A program made the position numbers and the translations under genes. A stretch of DNA of 32,000 bases, taken from NCBI GenBank assembly GCA_964551375.1, contig CAZKBG010000001.1, forward strand, positions 837,329 through 869,328, given 5' to 3'. A model generated the notes under the pieces. The model was not told the origin of the DNA. It was given only the letters and a program-made list of their open reading frames with translations, and ran no database searches. Positions 1 through 8,529 of this stretch are shown one piece after another (the first letter of the stretch is position 1; every line of letters starts with the position of its first letter). This stretch comes from an uncultured archaeon (GTDB taxonomy: Archaea > Iainarchaeota > Iainarchaeia > Iainarchaeales > JAAZKV01).

Positions 1-2080
1 CATATGCTGAAGTAATAGTTCCAGCAGGAAGAACTGTGCAGGCAGGACCAAGAACCAAAGTTAAAGTAAAAGCAGTCCAAGCAGATTTTAAGTGAGTGAA
101 ATTATCTTCAGCCCTTACTCTGAAAGTTTTTGCTCCCGCAGTAGTCCAAGTATAAGTTCCCGTTCCAATAGTTGCGCTTGGAATATAATTAAGCGGAACA
201 TTCTCATCGGAAATTCCGTCATTGTTCCAATCAACCTGATACTTGATTAAATCCCCTTCAGGATCAACCGAATTAAAATCAAAAGACTGCATACTATTTA
301 CGCTTGCAGTTCCAGGAGTAGTTCTAACAACAGTAGGCGCGCTGGGAGCAAGATTTGGGTTTAAATTAATTGCGCGGGCAGTGCAAGCTTTTGTTTGAGA
401 AGAACTTGCAATAGTAGCTCCAACGCTTAAACTTTGAACAGCTGAAACAGTATACGCGCACTGCGCAGTGCACAAACCTGAATAAGGAAGAGTGTTTTGA
501 TTAACGCAAGTTAAAGGAGCAGTTGTAGCATTACCGCACGAAACCGAATCAACACCCGCAAGAGATGGATCCGCCTGAAAATCATTAAAATCAACAGTTA
601 TTGTTGAATTCCCGCTAACTCTTCTTGGATTTGGGTTAATTTGAATAACTCTGCAGGTTGGAACAGGAATTGTTCTAACAGTTGCAGTATCTGATGCAGT
701 TTCGCCAAGCGAATCAGTCACAGTAACTGAAAGAGTGGTGTCAGTGTAAATATTTGAACAACTTATAGTTGGAGTTGCTGTGTTTTGATTTGTTAAAGTA
801 CAATTTCCAGCATTATTTGTAATAGCCCAATTCCAAGAAGTAATTGTTCCTCCGCCAGCTCTAGTTGCAGTCAAAGTAGTTGGAGTTCCAATAGTGTGAG
901 TATAAGGTCCCCCCGCATCAACAGAAAGATTGGCAACAATGTTAATCGGACAATTAGCCCAAAGCGCAGAGTATTGTCCTGACTGGGATTGGGACATTAC
1001 TTTAATAGTTTTTGCTCCGACAGTAGTCCAGCTGTGCTGAGCATTAACAGTTGTTCCGCTCGCAACATAACCAGAAGCAGGAAACCATTCTTCAACAGTA
1101 TTTCCGCCATTCCAATTTACCCCATATCTTAAATTTTCATTATCAGTCCCAGTAAAACTAAATGCATAATTATTATTTGCAAGTCCTATTGAAGTGCAGC
1201 TTAAAGTTGGAGTATTGGGATATGGATTTGGCGCAGTAGGATTACAGCAAATTTCACCAGTAGTATAATCACAAATACCAAAAAGGTTTGGAGTTCCAGG
1301 ATAGCATAAATAATCTCCTAGCCCTCCAACCCCATTTACCCAATAAGGATTAATGAAAGGAGTTACAGGAGTGATTTGAGTAGGGAAACCCATTGTGCAA
1401 GTTCCTCCATAAGTAAAGCAAGTCAACTGCTGACCGCAGCAAGATTTTCCTGGAGCGCAAGTTCCGCTTCCAGTGGCATATTGAGGCAATCCCATATTGC
1501 AGGGCATCATATTGCAAGTCTGGCTCATATTTTGAGTGCATGTGTATGTTGCGCCGCAGCATGACTGTCCTATCCCGCATGTTCCGCTGCCATCAGCTCT
1601 GTTTATATTGCTGCAAGGCCCTCCATAAACACAATCCTGCATTACATTCTGCTCGCAAGTGTATTGCGGACCGCAGCAACTCTGCATTGTAGGACAAGTC
1701 CCATAAGCATCAGGGCGGTTATTTGAAGAACATAATCCTGTTGTGCAAACATTTGAACCGGTGCAGGTGTAAGGAGCGCCACAGCAGGATTGTCCCATTG
1801 CGCATGTTCCGCTGTAATTATCTGGACGGTTATTCATAGAGCAGCTTCCGCTCATGCACGTTCCGCCATAATTAGAGCAGGTATAACTTGGCTGTTCGCA
1901 ACAGCGATAAGATTCATTTGGCCAACTGTCTCCGGGCCCTGCGCAGTTTCCCCAATAACTCCAACCATAAGGACAGGAGTACATGCACTGGTCTCCGCCA
2001 ACACAATAAGCCATGGCGGAGGGAATAAAAGTTATGCAAAATATTGCAAGAATAAACGCCCAACCAAAAAATTTTTGCAT
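1..2080 (-). CDS. Large secreted Cys-rich repeat protein with PKD/Ig-like regions (3' end truncated by window edge)
   Basis: Manual translation of the minus strand from ATG at 2080 is open to base 1 (about 693 codons): MQKFFGWAFILAIFCITFIPSAMAYCVGGDQCMYSC... Signal peptide, then about 5 Cys-rich units (e.g. YTCTGSNVCTTGLCSSNNRPDAYGTCPTMQSCCGPQ), then VDAGGPYTHTIGTPTTLTA...-like PKD/Ig segments. Absent from the ORF track, presumably because no stop lies inside the window. Confidence 0.85.
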   Translation of the reverse strand, partial: MQKFFGWAFILAIFCITFIPSAMAYCVGGDQCMYSCPYGWSYWGNCAGPGDSWPNESYRCCEQPSYTCSNYGGTCMSGSCSMNNRPDNYSGTCAMGQSCCGAPYTCTGSNVCTTGLCSSNNRPDAYGTCPTMQSCCGPQYTCEQNVMQDCVYGGPCSNINRADGSGTCGIGQSCCGATYTCTQNMSQTCNMMPCNMGLPQYATGSGTCAPGKSCCGQQLTCFTYGGTCTMGFPTQITPVTPFINPYWVNGVGGLGDYLCYPGTPNLFGICDYTTGEICCNPTAPNPYPNTPTLSCTSIGLANNNYAFSFTGTDNENLRYGVNWNGGNTVEEWFPASGYVASGTTVNAQHSWTTVGAKTIKVMSQSQSGQYSALWANCPINIVANLSVDAGGPYTHTIGTPTTLTATRAGGGTITSWNWAITNNAGNCTLTNQNTATPTISCSNIYTDTTLSVTVTDSLGETASDTATVRTIPVPTCRVIQINPNPRRVSGNSTITVDFNDFQADPSLAGVDSVSCGNATTAPLTCVNQNTLPYSGLCTAQCAYTVSAVQSLSVGATIASSSQTKACTARAINLNPNLAPSAPTVVRTTPGTASVNSMQSFDFNSVDPEGDLIKYQVDWNNDGISDENVPLNYIPSATIGTGTYTWTTAGAKTFRVRAEDNFTHLKSAWTAFTLTLVLGPACTVLPAGTITSAY

Positions 2081-2187
2081 TAAAAGCCCACTATATTATG
2101 AATACTTTTGTTCTATAAAAACCTCTTTGTCTTGTGAAAGTTGAGAGAGGGATATAATTAAAACCAAGTAAAACATAATAATTTGCT

Positions 2188-2766
2188 ATGAAAAAAGTTC
2201 TCCTAATAACTGGATTGTTGATTATTGGATTAGTTTTATTTGGATGCACACAACCGGGCAATCCAAATGAAACAAAAACTCCAAACGTGATAAAATATGC
2301 AGAAAATTCCGCTTATTGCGGGGATGAAAGCCTTGCATTAATGCTTCCTATTGATGATGATATTTTAAAAACAACTGATTTTAATTACGGGACAAATTTT
2401 ACATGCGAAAAATTAAGCGAATACTTCGCTGGCAAAGTTCCTTACCTCACAGGATTTGTTTACAAAGCATATTTATACGACAGCAAGGGAATTTACTTTG
2501 TTTACATTCTTTCTGATGAAACTTCAGAGCTTGCCGACTGGCACATGCTCAAAATTTATTCTGATTTTAATGCGCTGAATAGAAATGCGGATATAAAATT
2601 CATGAACAACAACAAAGTATTTGTTGCAACAAACAAAGACGGGTTTGACTGGGCGGGATGGAAATCAGGGAACAAAATAATAATGATTGAGGGACATGGT
2701 GTAAAAGAACTTTACCCAAGACTTGCTGAATCAATCCTTGAAAAACTTCCTTCAGACACACAATAA
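2188..2766 (+). CDS. Putative lipoprotein, hypothetical
   Basis: ORF of 192 aa with N-terminal hydrophobic stretch and lipobox-like LVLFGC. Confidence 0.75.
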   Translation: MKKVLLITGLLIIGLVLFGCTQPGNPNETKTPNVIKYAENSAYCGDESLALMLPIDDDILKTTDFNYGTNFTCEKLSEYFAGKVPYLTGFVYKAYLYDSKGIYFVYILSDETSELADWHMLKIYSDFNALNRNADIKFMNNNKVFVATNKDGFDWAGWKSGNKIIMIEGHGVKELYPRLAESILEKLPSDTQ

Positions 2767-2788
2767 CGAACTTTGTGTTTTACTAAAA

Positions 2789-3307
2789 TCAGCACTTTTT
2801 GTCAAAGTATTCTTTAATAGGAGTTATTTGAGCTTCAATTCCATTAACTATCTCAACTTGATTTGGCCTTAGATTATTTAACTCGCTTTCAGTTAAAGTT
2901 GAAATTAATGAAGAAGCTTTTGCTTGATAATTGTTAGCAAGATTAATCATATCCCTAGTTGATTTAACTTCTCTATTTGAACAGCGGATATTTTGATAAT
3001 CAATTGTTCTTGATTCGTTAATCGCCTTGTTTAAGTAATAAAATGCCTCTGCGGCGTATAATTCAGCTTCAATAAATTTCTTTGTGCTGCTTGGAGCGCT
3101 GCCAGCAACTACTGCCAAATCAGTAATATAATCATTCATAGTTCCAAGAACGGGAGAAAAATTTTCGTTTACCCCATACGAAGTTTGAAGCTTTGAAAAC
3201 TGTTCAAGAGATTTCTTTTCAGCATTAGGGTCAAGAGCAGTGCAGCCGAATAAAAGAAGCGCAAACGCTAATAGCAATACTATTGCAACTTGAATTGATT
3301 TATTCAT
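2789..3307 (-). CDS. Putative lipoprotein, hypothetical
   Basis: ORF of 172 aa; MNKSIQVAIVLLLAFALLLFGCTALDP lipobox-like N-terminus; convergent with previous ORF. Confidence 0.75.
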   Translation of the reverse strand: MNKSIQVAIVLLLAFALLLFGCTALDPNAEKKSLEQFSKLQTSYGVNENFSPVLGTMNDYITDLAVVAGSAPSSTKKFIEAELYAAEAFYYLNKAINESRTIDYQNIRCSNREVKSTRDMINLANNYQAKASSLISTLTESELNNLRPNQVEIVNGIEAQITPIKEYFDKKC

Positions 3308-3369
3308 CTTAATCTAGAAAAGTAATAGCGACTTTGTTATTAAATCCTTTTCTTTTAGCAAAAAAACAG

Positions 3370-4236
3370 CTATTTTTCAAGGATTTTTGATTTTAACGCC
3401 TGTTTTACTACTTCCTCATCCCCTGGATTAGTTACTCCAAACCACTGCTCCTTGGTTTTGAATAATTTAAGCTTAATTTTGCCGCTCTTTGCCAAATTTC
3501 CAAGCTCAACAGGAAGATAACACTCGCTCCTCCTATCCCCTTTATGATTTGATTTGAATTCTTTTAGTATTTTTTCCAAAAGCAAAATACACTCTTTAGT
3601 TAAGCCAAAAATATTCATATTAGCTAAATCATTTTTGGTTAACCCGACTTTACTTAATGAATTTTTTTCAATCCCAATCATTTCCTCAATCGCAATTACA
3701 TTGCCTTTTTTATCAGTTCTAAAAATTCCGCGATTAATGCTCCCAGTCTCCGGCAAAACGGACATTAAATCATACCCAATTGCGACACAATCATTTGATT
3801 TTGCGCTTAATGCTTCAAAAATAGTCCTAAAAGAACTCTCGCCGTACAAATCATCTCCATTGCAAATCACAAAAGGGCCTTGAATTAATGGAAGAGCGCT
3901 AACTATAGCATCAGTTGTTCCCCACGGCCTGTCCCTCTCTTCAGGATTGTATGATTGAAGGGCATACCTAATCGGAACCCCTTCAAAAGAACCTCCAAAC
4001 TTTTCCCTAAACGGTTTTTCGGTCAAGTTTCCAACAATAAAAATAATTTCATTAAAACCAGCCTTAATTGCCTGCTTCATTGACACTTCAATTAAGGTTT
4101 CATCATTAGGTCCAACAATAGAAAACTGCTTAATTTTGCCTCCAAATCTTGAAGAAATCCCCGCGCACATAAAAACAACAGGAATTACTTTTGAATTAGA
4201 ATTGCTCTTTTTAGAGTCAGTTTTATGCATAAACAT
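3370..4236 (-). CDS. Nucleotidyltransferase family protein (sugar-phosphate nucleotidyltransferase-like)
   Basis: VPVVFMCAGISSRFGG.. KQF N-terminal nucleotide-binding pattern, ICNGDDLYG (metal-binding D region), PWGTTDAI. Confidence 0.8.
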   Translation of the reverse strand: MFMHKTDSKKSNSNSKVIPVVFMCAGISSRFGGKIKQFSIVGPNDETLIEVSMKQAIKAGFNEIIFIVGNLTEKPFREKFGGSFEGVPIRYALQSYNPEERDRPWGTTDAIVSALPLIQGPFVICNGDDLYGESSFRTIFEALSAKSNDCVAIGYDLMSVLPETGSINRGIFRTDKKGNVIAIEEMIGIEKNSLSKVGLTKNDLANMNIFGLTKECILLLEKILKEFKSNHKGDRRSECYLPVELGNLAKSGKIKLKLFKTKEQWFGVTNPGDEEVVKQALKSKILEK

Positions 4237-4310
4237 ATTACGGAATAAGGGTTTATGAATTAAACTAGTGCAAAAGTAAAGGCAAGATTTACCATAGCAC
4301 GCACTCTTAA

Positions 4311-4547
4311 TTAATCGCTAATTGAAGCAGCAGGACTCTTTACCGCAACAAAGTGATACGCTTCCTGAAGAGCTAAAATTGCTTTAGGAAGATCATCATT
4401 TCTAAGAGAACTTGTTTTCTTCCACTCTTCGCCATTTTTATAATTTCTTTCAATGGTTGTAGTGTAGAACTTATTCCCATCTTTTGAAGAATTTTCCCAA
4501 ACCGCTACTTCAATAGCGCCTACTTTTACCGATTTTACTGGTTTCAT
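4311..4547 (-). CDS. Small conserved-looking hypothetical protein (78 aa)
   Basis: MKPVKSVKVGAIEVAVWEN...TTTIERNYKNGEEWKKTSSLRNDDLPKAILALQEAY; strong SD (GGAGGTG) immediately upstream on the minus strand. Confidence 0.75.
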   Translation of the reverse strand: MKPVKSVKVGAIEVAVWENSSKDGNKFYTTTIERNYKNGEEWKKTSSLRNDDLPKAILALQEAYHFVAVKSPAASISD

Positions 4548-4594
4548 TAAAACACCTCCATATTATTACATTTTTTCCTATTGTGTGTTGAGAG

Positions 4595-4634
4595 GAAACA
4601 TGATGCTGCAAAAATAACTCAGCTCTCATGTTTC
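4595..4634. other. Inverted repeat / hairpin in long intergenic region
   Basis: GAAACATGA (4595-4603) / TCATGTTTC (4626-4634) perfect 9-bp arms with inner GCTG (4605-4608) / CAGC (4620-4623). Confidence 0.65.
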
Positions 4635-4791
4635 AAAGGAGACAATAACCGCCTAAATACGCAGGGTGATGCTTATTTTTGGCAATATTTGTCCATTACA
4701 TTTTTACATAAAAGAAATTTGGCTGTCTAATTGCTTCCCCTTCAACAAATCTTACTAATTTTGATCCAAACATACTAATTCCCCTCCACTT

Positions 4792-4808
4792 GGGCGAGAT
4801 ACTCGCTC
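4792..4808. other. Short hairpin in the same intergenic region
   Basis: GGGCGAG-ATA-CTCGCTC, 7 bp including one G:U. Confidence 0.5.
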
Positions 4809-4982
4809 AAATTTTCAAACTATACTACTCTTCATTTCTGCGATATATATTCTATTTGAAGCTATTTTGCCGGTGGTTGGGTAAAATTAGACTTGCAGGA
4901 AAGTTATTTTGCGTAGAATTAAGTTAAGGGAAGTTTTGTTAGATTAGAAGTAAGTTTAGATATAGTTTTGTTTGTGGGAAAG

Positions 4983-5639
4983 TTATTCCTTCGCCCATTT
5001 CTGCATTTCTTTTAAAGCTTCTTCGTTTTTATTTAGAGTGTCAATCTTTTCTTCAAGATCCTTCATCTGCCTTGAAGCAGCATCCATTCTAAAATCCTGC
5101 AATTCATCAGCGAACTTAGCAACTTTCTTATTCTTTTTATAAACAATAGAAGTATTCACAGTCTCCGCAAGCTGCTTTCTGTACTCAATGTCATTAACAA
5201 ACATCTTCACCATCGGCTTCCACTTCTTATCAGCCACAAGATGGGCAGGAAGCTTAACGCTCGCAGCATCTTTTCTATAATCCTCATCAGAAAGAGTCTT
5301 TGCCAGGTGCTTCCAATAAATAGGGTCGCCGAATTTCTTTACCTGATTCACTTGATGATACATTGAAGCGGAAGAATGCTGCTTCTTCCACTCGCTAAGC
5401 TTCTCATTATAATTTTTTCTTTTTTCTTTAATTTCCTTAACTTTAATATCAAGAACTCTCGTATCAGGATAAATTAATTTAGGCCACTCTTTGTCAGTTG
5501 CAATCGGCTTAACAACGCCGTTAATGCTAAAGTACCTCATAAGAGCAGTTCTTCTCGGACCGTCTCTTGGACACTTAGGGAACGCTTTGTCAAAATCTTT
5601 AATAGAGGCTATTACTCCGTGCATGTTAAAACACAACAC
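4983..5639 (-). CDS. Hypothetical protein with C-terminal coiled coil
   Basis: ORF of 218 aa; Lys/Glu-rich heptad-like C-terminus (MKDLEEKIDTLNKNEEALKEMQKWAKE). Confidence 0.65.
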   Translation of the reverse strand: MLCFNMHGVIASIKDFDKAFPKCPRDGPRRTALMRYFSINGVVKPIATDKEWPKLIYPDTRVLDIKVKEIKEKRKNYNEKLSEWKKQHSSASMYHQVNQVKKFGDPIYWKHLAKTLSDEDYRKDAASVKLPAHLVADKKWKPMVKMFVNDIEYRKQLAETVNTSIVYKKNKKVAKFADELQDFRMDAASRQMKDLEEKIDTLNKNEEALKEMQKWAKE

Positions 5640-5700
5640 TTTGAAGCTTAAAAAGGTTTTGGGGGCACTTTGGAAAAAAAACTCTAATTATGCCTAAAAT

Positions 5701-7122
5701 TTAGCAGGTTTTATTTTCCCAAGTCAAATGAGGAAGGCTTCCTGAACAAACACTCCAAGTTTTGCTTGCGCCAAATCCGCCAAAAGAAGACATTGGAGCA
5801 TTTGCCATATCAGTAAAATAACTTCCTAAAGCATGCGAAGTGCAGTCAGGCTCGCTAGTTGTTTTTGACACATAGCAGCCGCTTGCCCCAGTCTCAAGCC
5901 AGTGAAGATTTTCAGTTCCAAGATTAAAATTAAGCGATTCAAAAACTCCACCCCTGTATTGAGTGCTTCCAGCAAGACTGCTTGTAGTAAAAACATGCCT
6001 TATTTCAGAATCAAAAAACTCTGCAACTACTCCCGCTCTATAAATTCCGCCAAGAACATCCCCGCTTGAATAAGCTCTTAGCAAATGAGCATCTCCCCCG
6101 CTCATTCTCGCAAACAAACCCCCTGAAACGGAAGTGACAACATAAACATCAGCATCGGAATAAGAATCCGTTACAGTAGTTCCCCCTTCAAGAATACCTC
6201 CAATTCCTCCAGCATAAGAATTACTTCTTACATTTCCTTTGGAATAAACTTCTGAAATGTTAGAGTATCTTGAAAAGCCAAAAAGCGCTCCTGTGTTTGA
6301 CAAGCCGATTACATTAACATCCTCAAATCCTAATTTTGAAACATTTCCATACAAATAACCAAACAATCCAACGGTGTTTGAAGAAGGGCGGTTAATTTTT
6401 AGTCCGCTGATTTTATGTCCATTTCCAGCAAGAGAACCGTGGAAAGAATCCGTCCAATCATCGCTAATTCCAACTGGAATAAAACCTTCTCCCGAGTTCC
6501 AAGAACTTGTTGCAGTGCAATCAATATCCCCGCCAAGAGCATAATTGCCATCAAGATGAGCGCTCATATTCTGAAGCTCAGAGCAAGTATTAATCATCCA
6601 AGGATTAGCCAAAGTTCCATCTCCTAATCCAACAACAGGACCCGGATTTGTTGGAGTGGAATCAACAACGCACTGGGTAGTGATTTGAATTGAAGCGGAT
6701 TTAGTCAAACCGAACGCAGTAACATACTCAATTGTAAAAATACACTTCTTTGTAGTCTCTCCCGCAGAGCACGGACAGGAAGTATTCAAATCAGTTAAAG
6801 AAAAAACTCTTGAATCAGTGCTTGGAATATCATTATCAAAAGAATTGGTATTTGTTCCGCTTGAAATTCTTGTAATTGTAATAGTATCCCCGGTATTATT
6901 TTGAAGACTTACTAACGCATCTCCCTGAGTATCAACAACAGAATCTTCAATAACTATCCCGCCGGTATTAGGAGTCAAACCATCAATATTGCCCATTACT
7001 TGATTAGCAGAATCGCCAAAAATGCCTGTTAAAAGCCCGACAACAACAAGCGCAAGCACAATAACAACAGCGATAATTACTAAATATTCTATAGTGCCCT
7101 GACCGCTTTTTGACTTAAACAA
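5701..7122 (-). CDS. Class III signal peptide (archaeal pilin-type) protein with GLUG-repeat beta-helix-like domain
   Basis: N-terminus SKSGQGTIEYLVIIAVVIVLALVVVG (QxTxEYL + hydrophobic helix); C-terminal GLUG-like units: GLFGYLYGNVSKLGF, GALFGFSRYSNISEVYSKG, GGIGGILEGGTTVTDSYSDA. Confidence 0.85.
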   Translation of the reverse strand: MFKSKSGQGTIEYLVIIAVVIVLALVVVGLLTGIFGDSANQVMGNIDGLTPNTGGIVIEDSVVDTQGDALVSLQNNTGDTITITRISSGTNTNSFDNDIPSTDSRVFSLTDLNTSCPCSAGETTKKCIFTIEYVTAFGLTKSASIQITTQCVVDSTPTNPGPVVGLGDGTLANPWMINTCSELQNMSAHLDGNYALGGDIDCTATSSWNSGEGFIPVGISDDWTDSFHGSLAGNGHKISGLKINRPSSNTVGLFGYLYGNVSKLGFEDVNVIGLSNTGALFGFSRYSNISEVYSKGNVRSNSYAGGIGGILEGGTTVTDSYSDADVYVVTSVSGGLFARMSGGDAHLLRAYSSGDVLGGIYRAGVVAEFFDSEIRHVFTTSSLAGSTQYRGGVFESLNFNLGTENLHWLETGASGCYVSKTTSEPDCTSHALGSYFTDMANAPMSSFGGFGASKTWSVCSGSLPHLTWENKTC

Positions 7123-7160
7123 TAGAAACGCCTGCCTTTACTATTATATTACTCAATGAA

Positions 7161-7170
7161 ACTTTATAAC
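7161..7170 (+). promoter_or_regulatory. TATA-like element upstream of NAC gene
   Basis: ACTTTATAAC about 35 nt upstream of the ATG at 7201. Confidence 0.45.
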
Positions 7171-7200
7171 CTTTTTGCACTCTAAATACAATGTGATACT

Positions 7201-7530
7201 ATGTTTCCAGGCGGAGTAAATCCAAAACAAATGGGCCAAATGATGAAAAAATTTGGAATCAAAAATGAAGAAATAGACGCAAAACAAGTAGTGATTCTTC
7301 TAAACAGCGGAAAAAAACTTGTAATAGACAACCCTCAAGTGCAGAGTATAGAAATGCAGGGAAATAAAACTTTTACAGTAGCAGGAAATGCCAGAGAAGA
7401 AAGCGGAGTGCCAGAAGAAGATATACAAATGGTGATGGAAAGCGCAGGCGTTTCAAAAGAAAAAGCAAAAGAAGCTTTAGTTGAATCAAACGGCGATATA
7501 GCTGCCGCAATAATTGCGCTAAAAGAGTGA
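7201..7530 (+). CDS. nac: Archaeal nascent polypeptide-associated complex protein
   Basis: MFPGGVNPKQMGQMMKKFGIKNEEIDAKQVVI... NAC domain and C-terminal UBA-like VSKEKAKEALVESNGDIAAAIIAL. Confidence 0.95.
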   Translation: MFPGGVNPKQMGQMMKKFGIKNEEIDAKQVVILLNSGKKLVIDNPQVQSIEMQGNKTFTVAGNAREESGVPEEDIQMVMESAGVSKEKAKEALVESNGDIAAAIIALKE

Positions 7531-7550
7531 AGATAGTGAAAAATTAAAAG

Positions 7551-7648
7551 AAGCCCTTAATTTTCTAATTTTTTTAGGGCTTTCTATATTTTTTTACTTT
7601 AAGTTTTTTTTAAATTTTTAGTTATTTTTTTTACTTTAAGTTTTTTTT
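7551..7648 (+). terminator. Hairpin plus repeated T-tracts downstream of nac
   Basis: AAGCCCT (7551-7557) / AGGGCTT (7576-7582), then TTTTTTTACTTTAAGTTTTTTTT present twice (7589-7611 and 7626-7648). Confidence 0.7.
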
Positions 7649-7662
7649 GTTATTTTGTTTTG

Positions 7663-8448
7663 TTAGTTATTTTTATCAACTGGAATGTTTAAGTCGATGA
7701 CTGCATTAGTGTCCAAACTTGAATTTGAGTCTGTAATTGAGTTAGTATCTATTTGAGCAGTTAGCATATCCTGATACTCTTTTAACAAAGTCAGGTTTTG
7801 AACTTCAACAAGCTCCATTGAAGAAATAACATCCCCTTTGAGAGAAATTGTTCCCCCGATTTTTAATTCATCCCCGCTTTTAGTGCTCAAATCAGCAAGA
7901 GCTGAAAGAGTAGTCAAAGGGAAAGTGAAATTTTTATCAATATTAAGATCAGTGTTTCTCAAAATTGTGTAAGCAGGAGCTTTGATTGTAATATACTTAA
8001 TTGAAGCAAATTCATTTCGCTTACTTTGATTAAAGAAATTCAAATCATAAATCTTTTCAACAGAAACCGCAATATCAGCGTTTGATTTGAATGCGATATC
8101 CGCATAATAAACCCATTCATTAGCATCAACAGTTCCTTTTCTAAACTGAGAATTAATCTTTGAAACACCTTCAGTTTTCAAAACAGCAGCATCAATTGCT
8201 GCTTTGTCTAAAGAACTTGTAATTGCCGCAACTCTTCCTGATTTAACTTCCTTTAACGCAACAGTGTCAAACGAAGCTGAATAAGAAAATGCAGTAGCAT
8301 CTAAAACAGGAACATTAGGATTTTGAGTAGTTGTGTTGTCTTTATTGTCTCCAGCGTACAAAAAGCCCGCGGCAATCATGCTTAACGCCATGAAAGCAAC
8401 AATAAAGATTCCTACAAATTTTAGAATAGTTTCCTGCTTCATAATCAC
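7663..8448 (-). CDS. Membrane-anchored hypothetical protein
   Basis: ORF of 261 aa with N-terminal TM (ILKFVGIFIVAFMALSMIAAGFLYAG). Confidence 0.75.
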   Translation of the reverse strand: MIMKQETILKFVGIFIVAFMALSMIAAGFLYAGDNKDNTTTQNPNVPVLDATAFSYSASFDTVALKEVKSGRVAAITSSLDKAAIDAAVLKTEGVSKINSQFRKGTVDANEWVYYADIAFKSNADIAVSVEKIYDLNFFNQSKRNEFASIKYITIKAPAYTILRNTDLNIDKNFTFPLTTLSALADLSTKSGDELKIGGTISLKGDVISSMELVEVQNLTLLKEYQDMLTAQIDTNSITDSNSSLDTNAVIDLNIPVDKNN

Positions 8449-8529
8449 AAACTCCTATTGTTTATGATTAATACGCGGTTAAATACTTTTAAAAACCTTA
8501 AACAGCAGGCTAATTGTGAAGGTGGCATG

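Noticed and set aside
1350-2083. Short ORFs in the track at 1350..1580(-), 1376..1564(+), 1790..2083(+)
   Set aside because: All are shadows of the long minus-strand Cys-rich ORF, which is continuous in one frame with signal peptide and repeats.
3554-3883. Plus-strand ORF antisense to the nucleotidyltransferase gene
   Set aside because: Lies entirely within a gene with recognisable motifs; no SD or coherent domain.
4548-4982. C/D box snoRNA interpretation (TGATG occurrences at 4601 and 4667)
   Set aside because: No convincing paired C (RUGAUGA) and D (CUGA) boxes with correct spacing; hairpin evidence is stronger.
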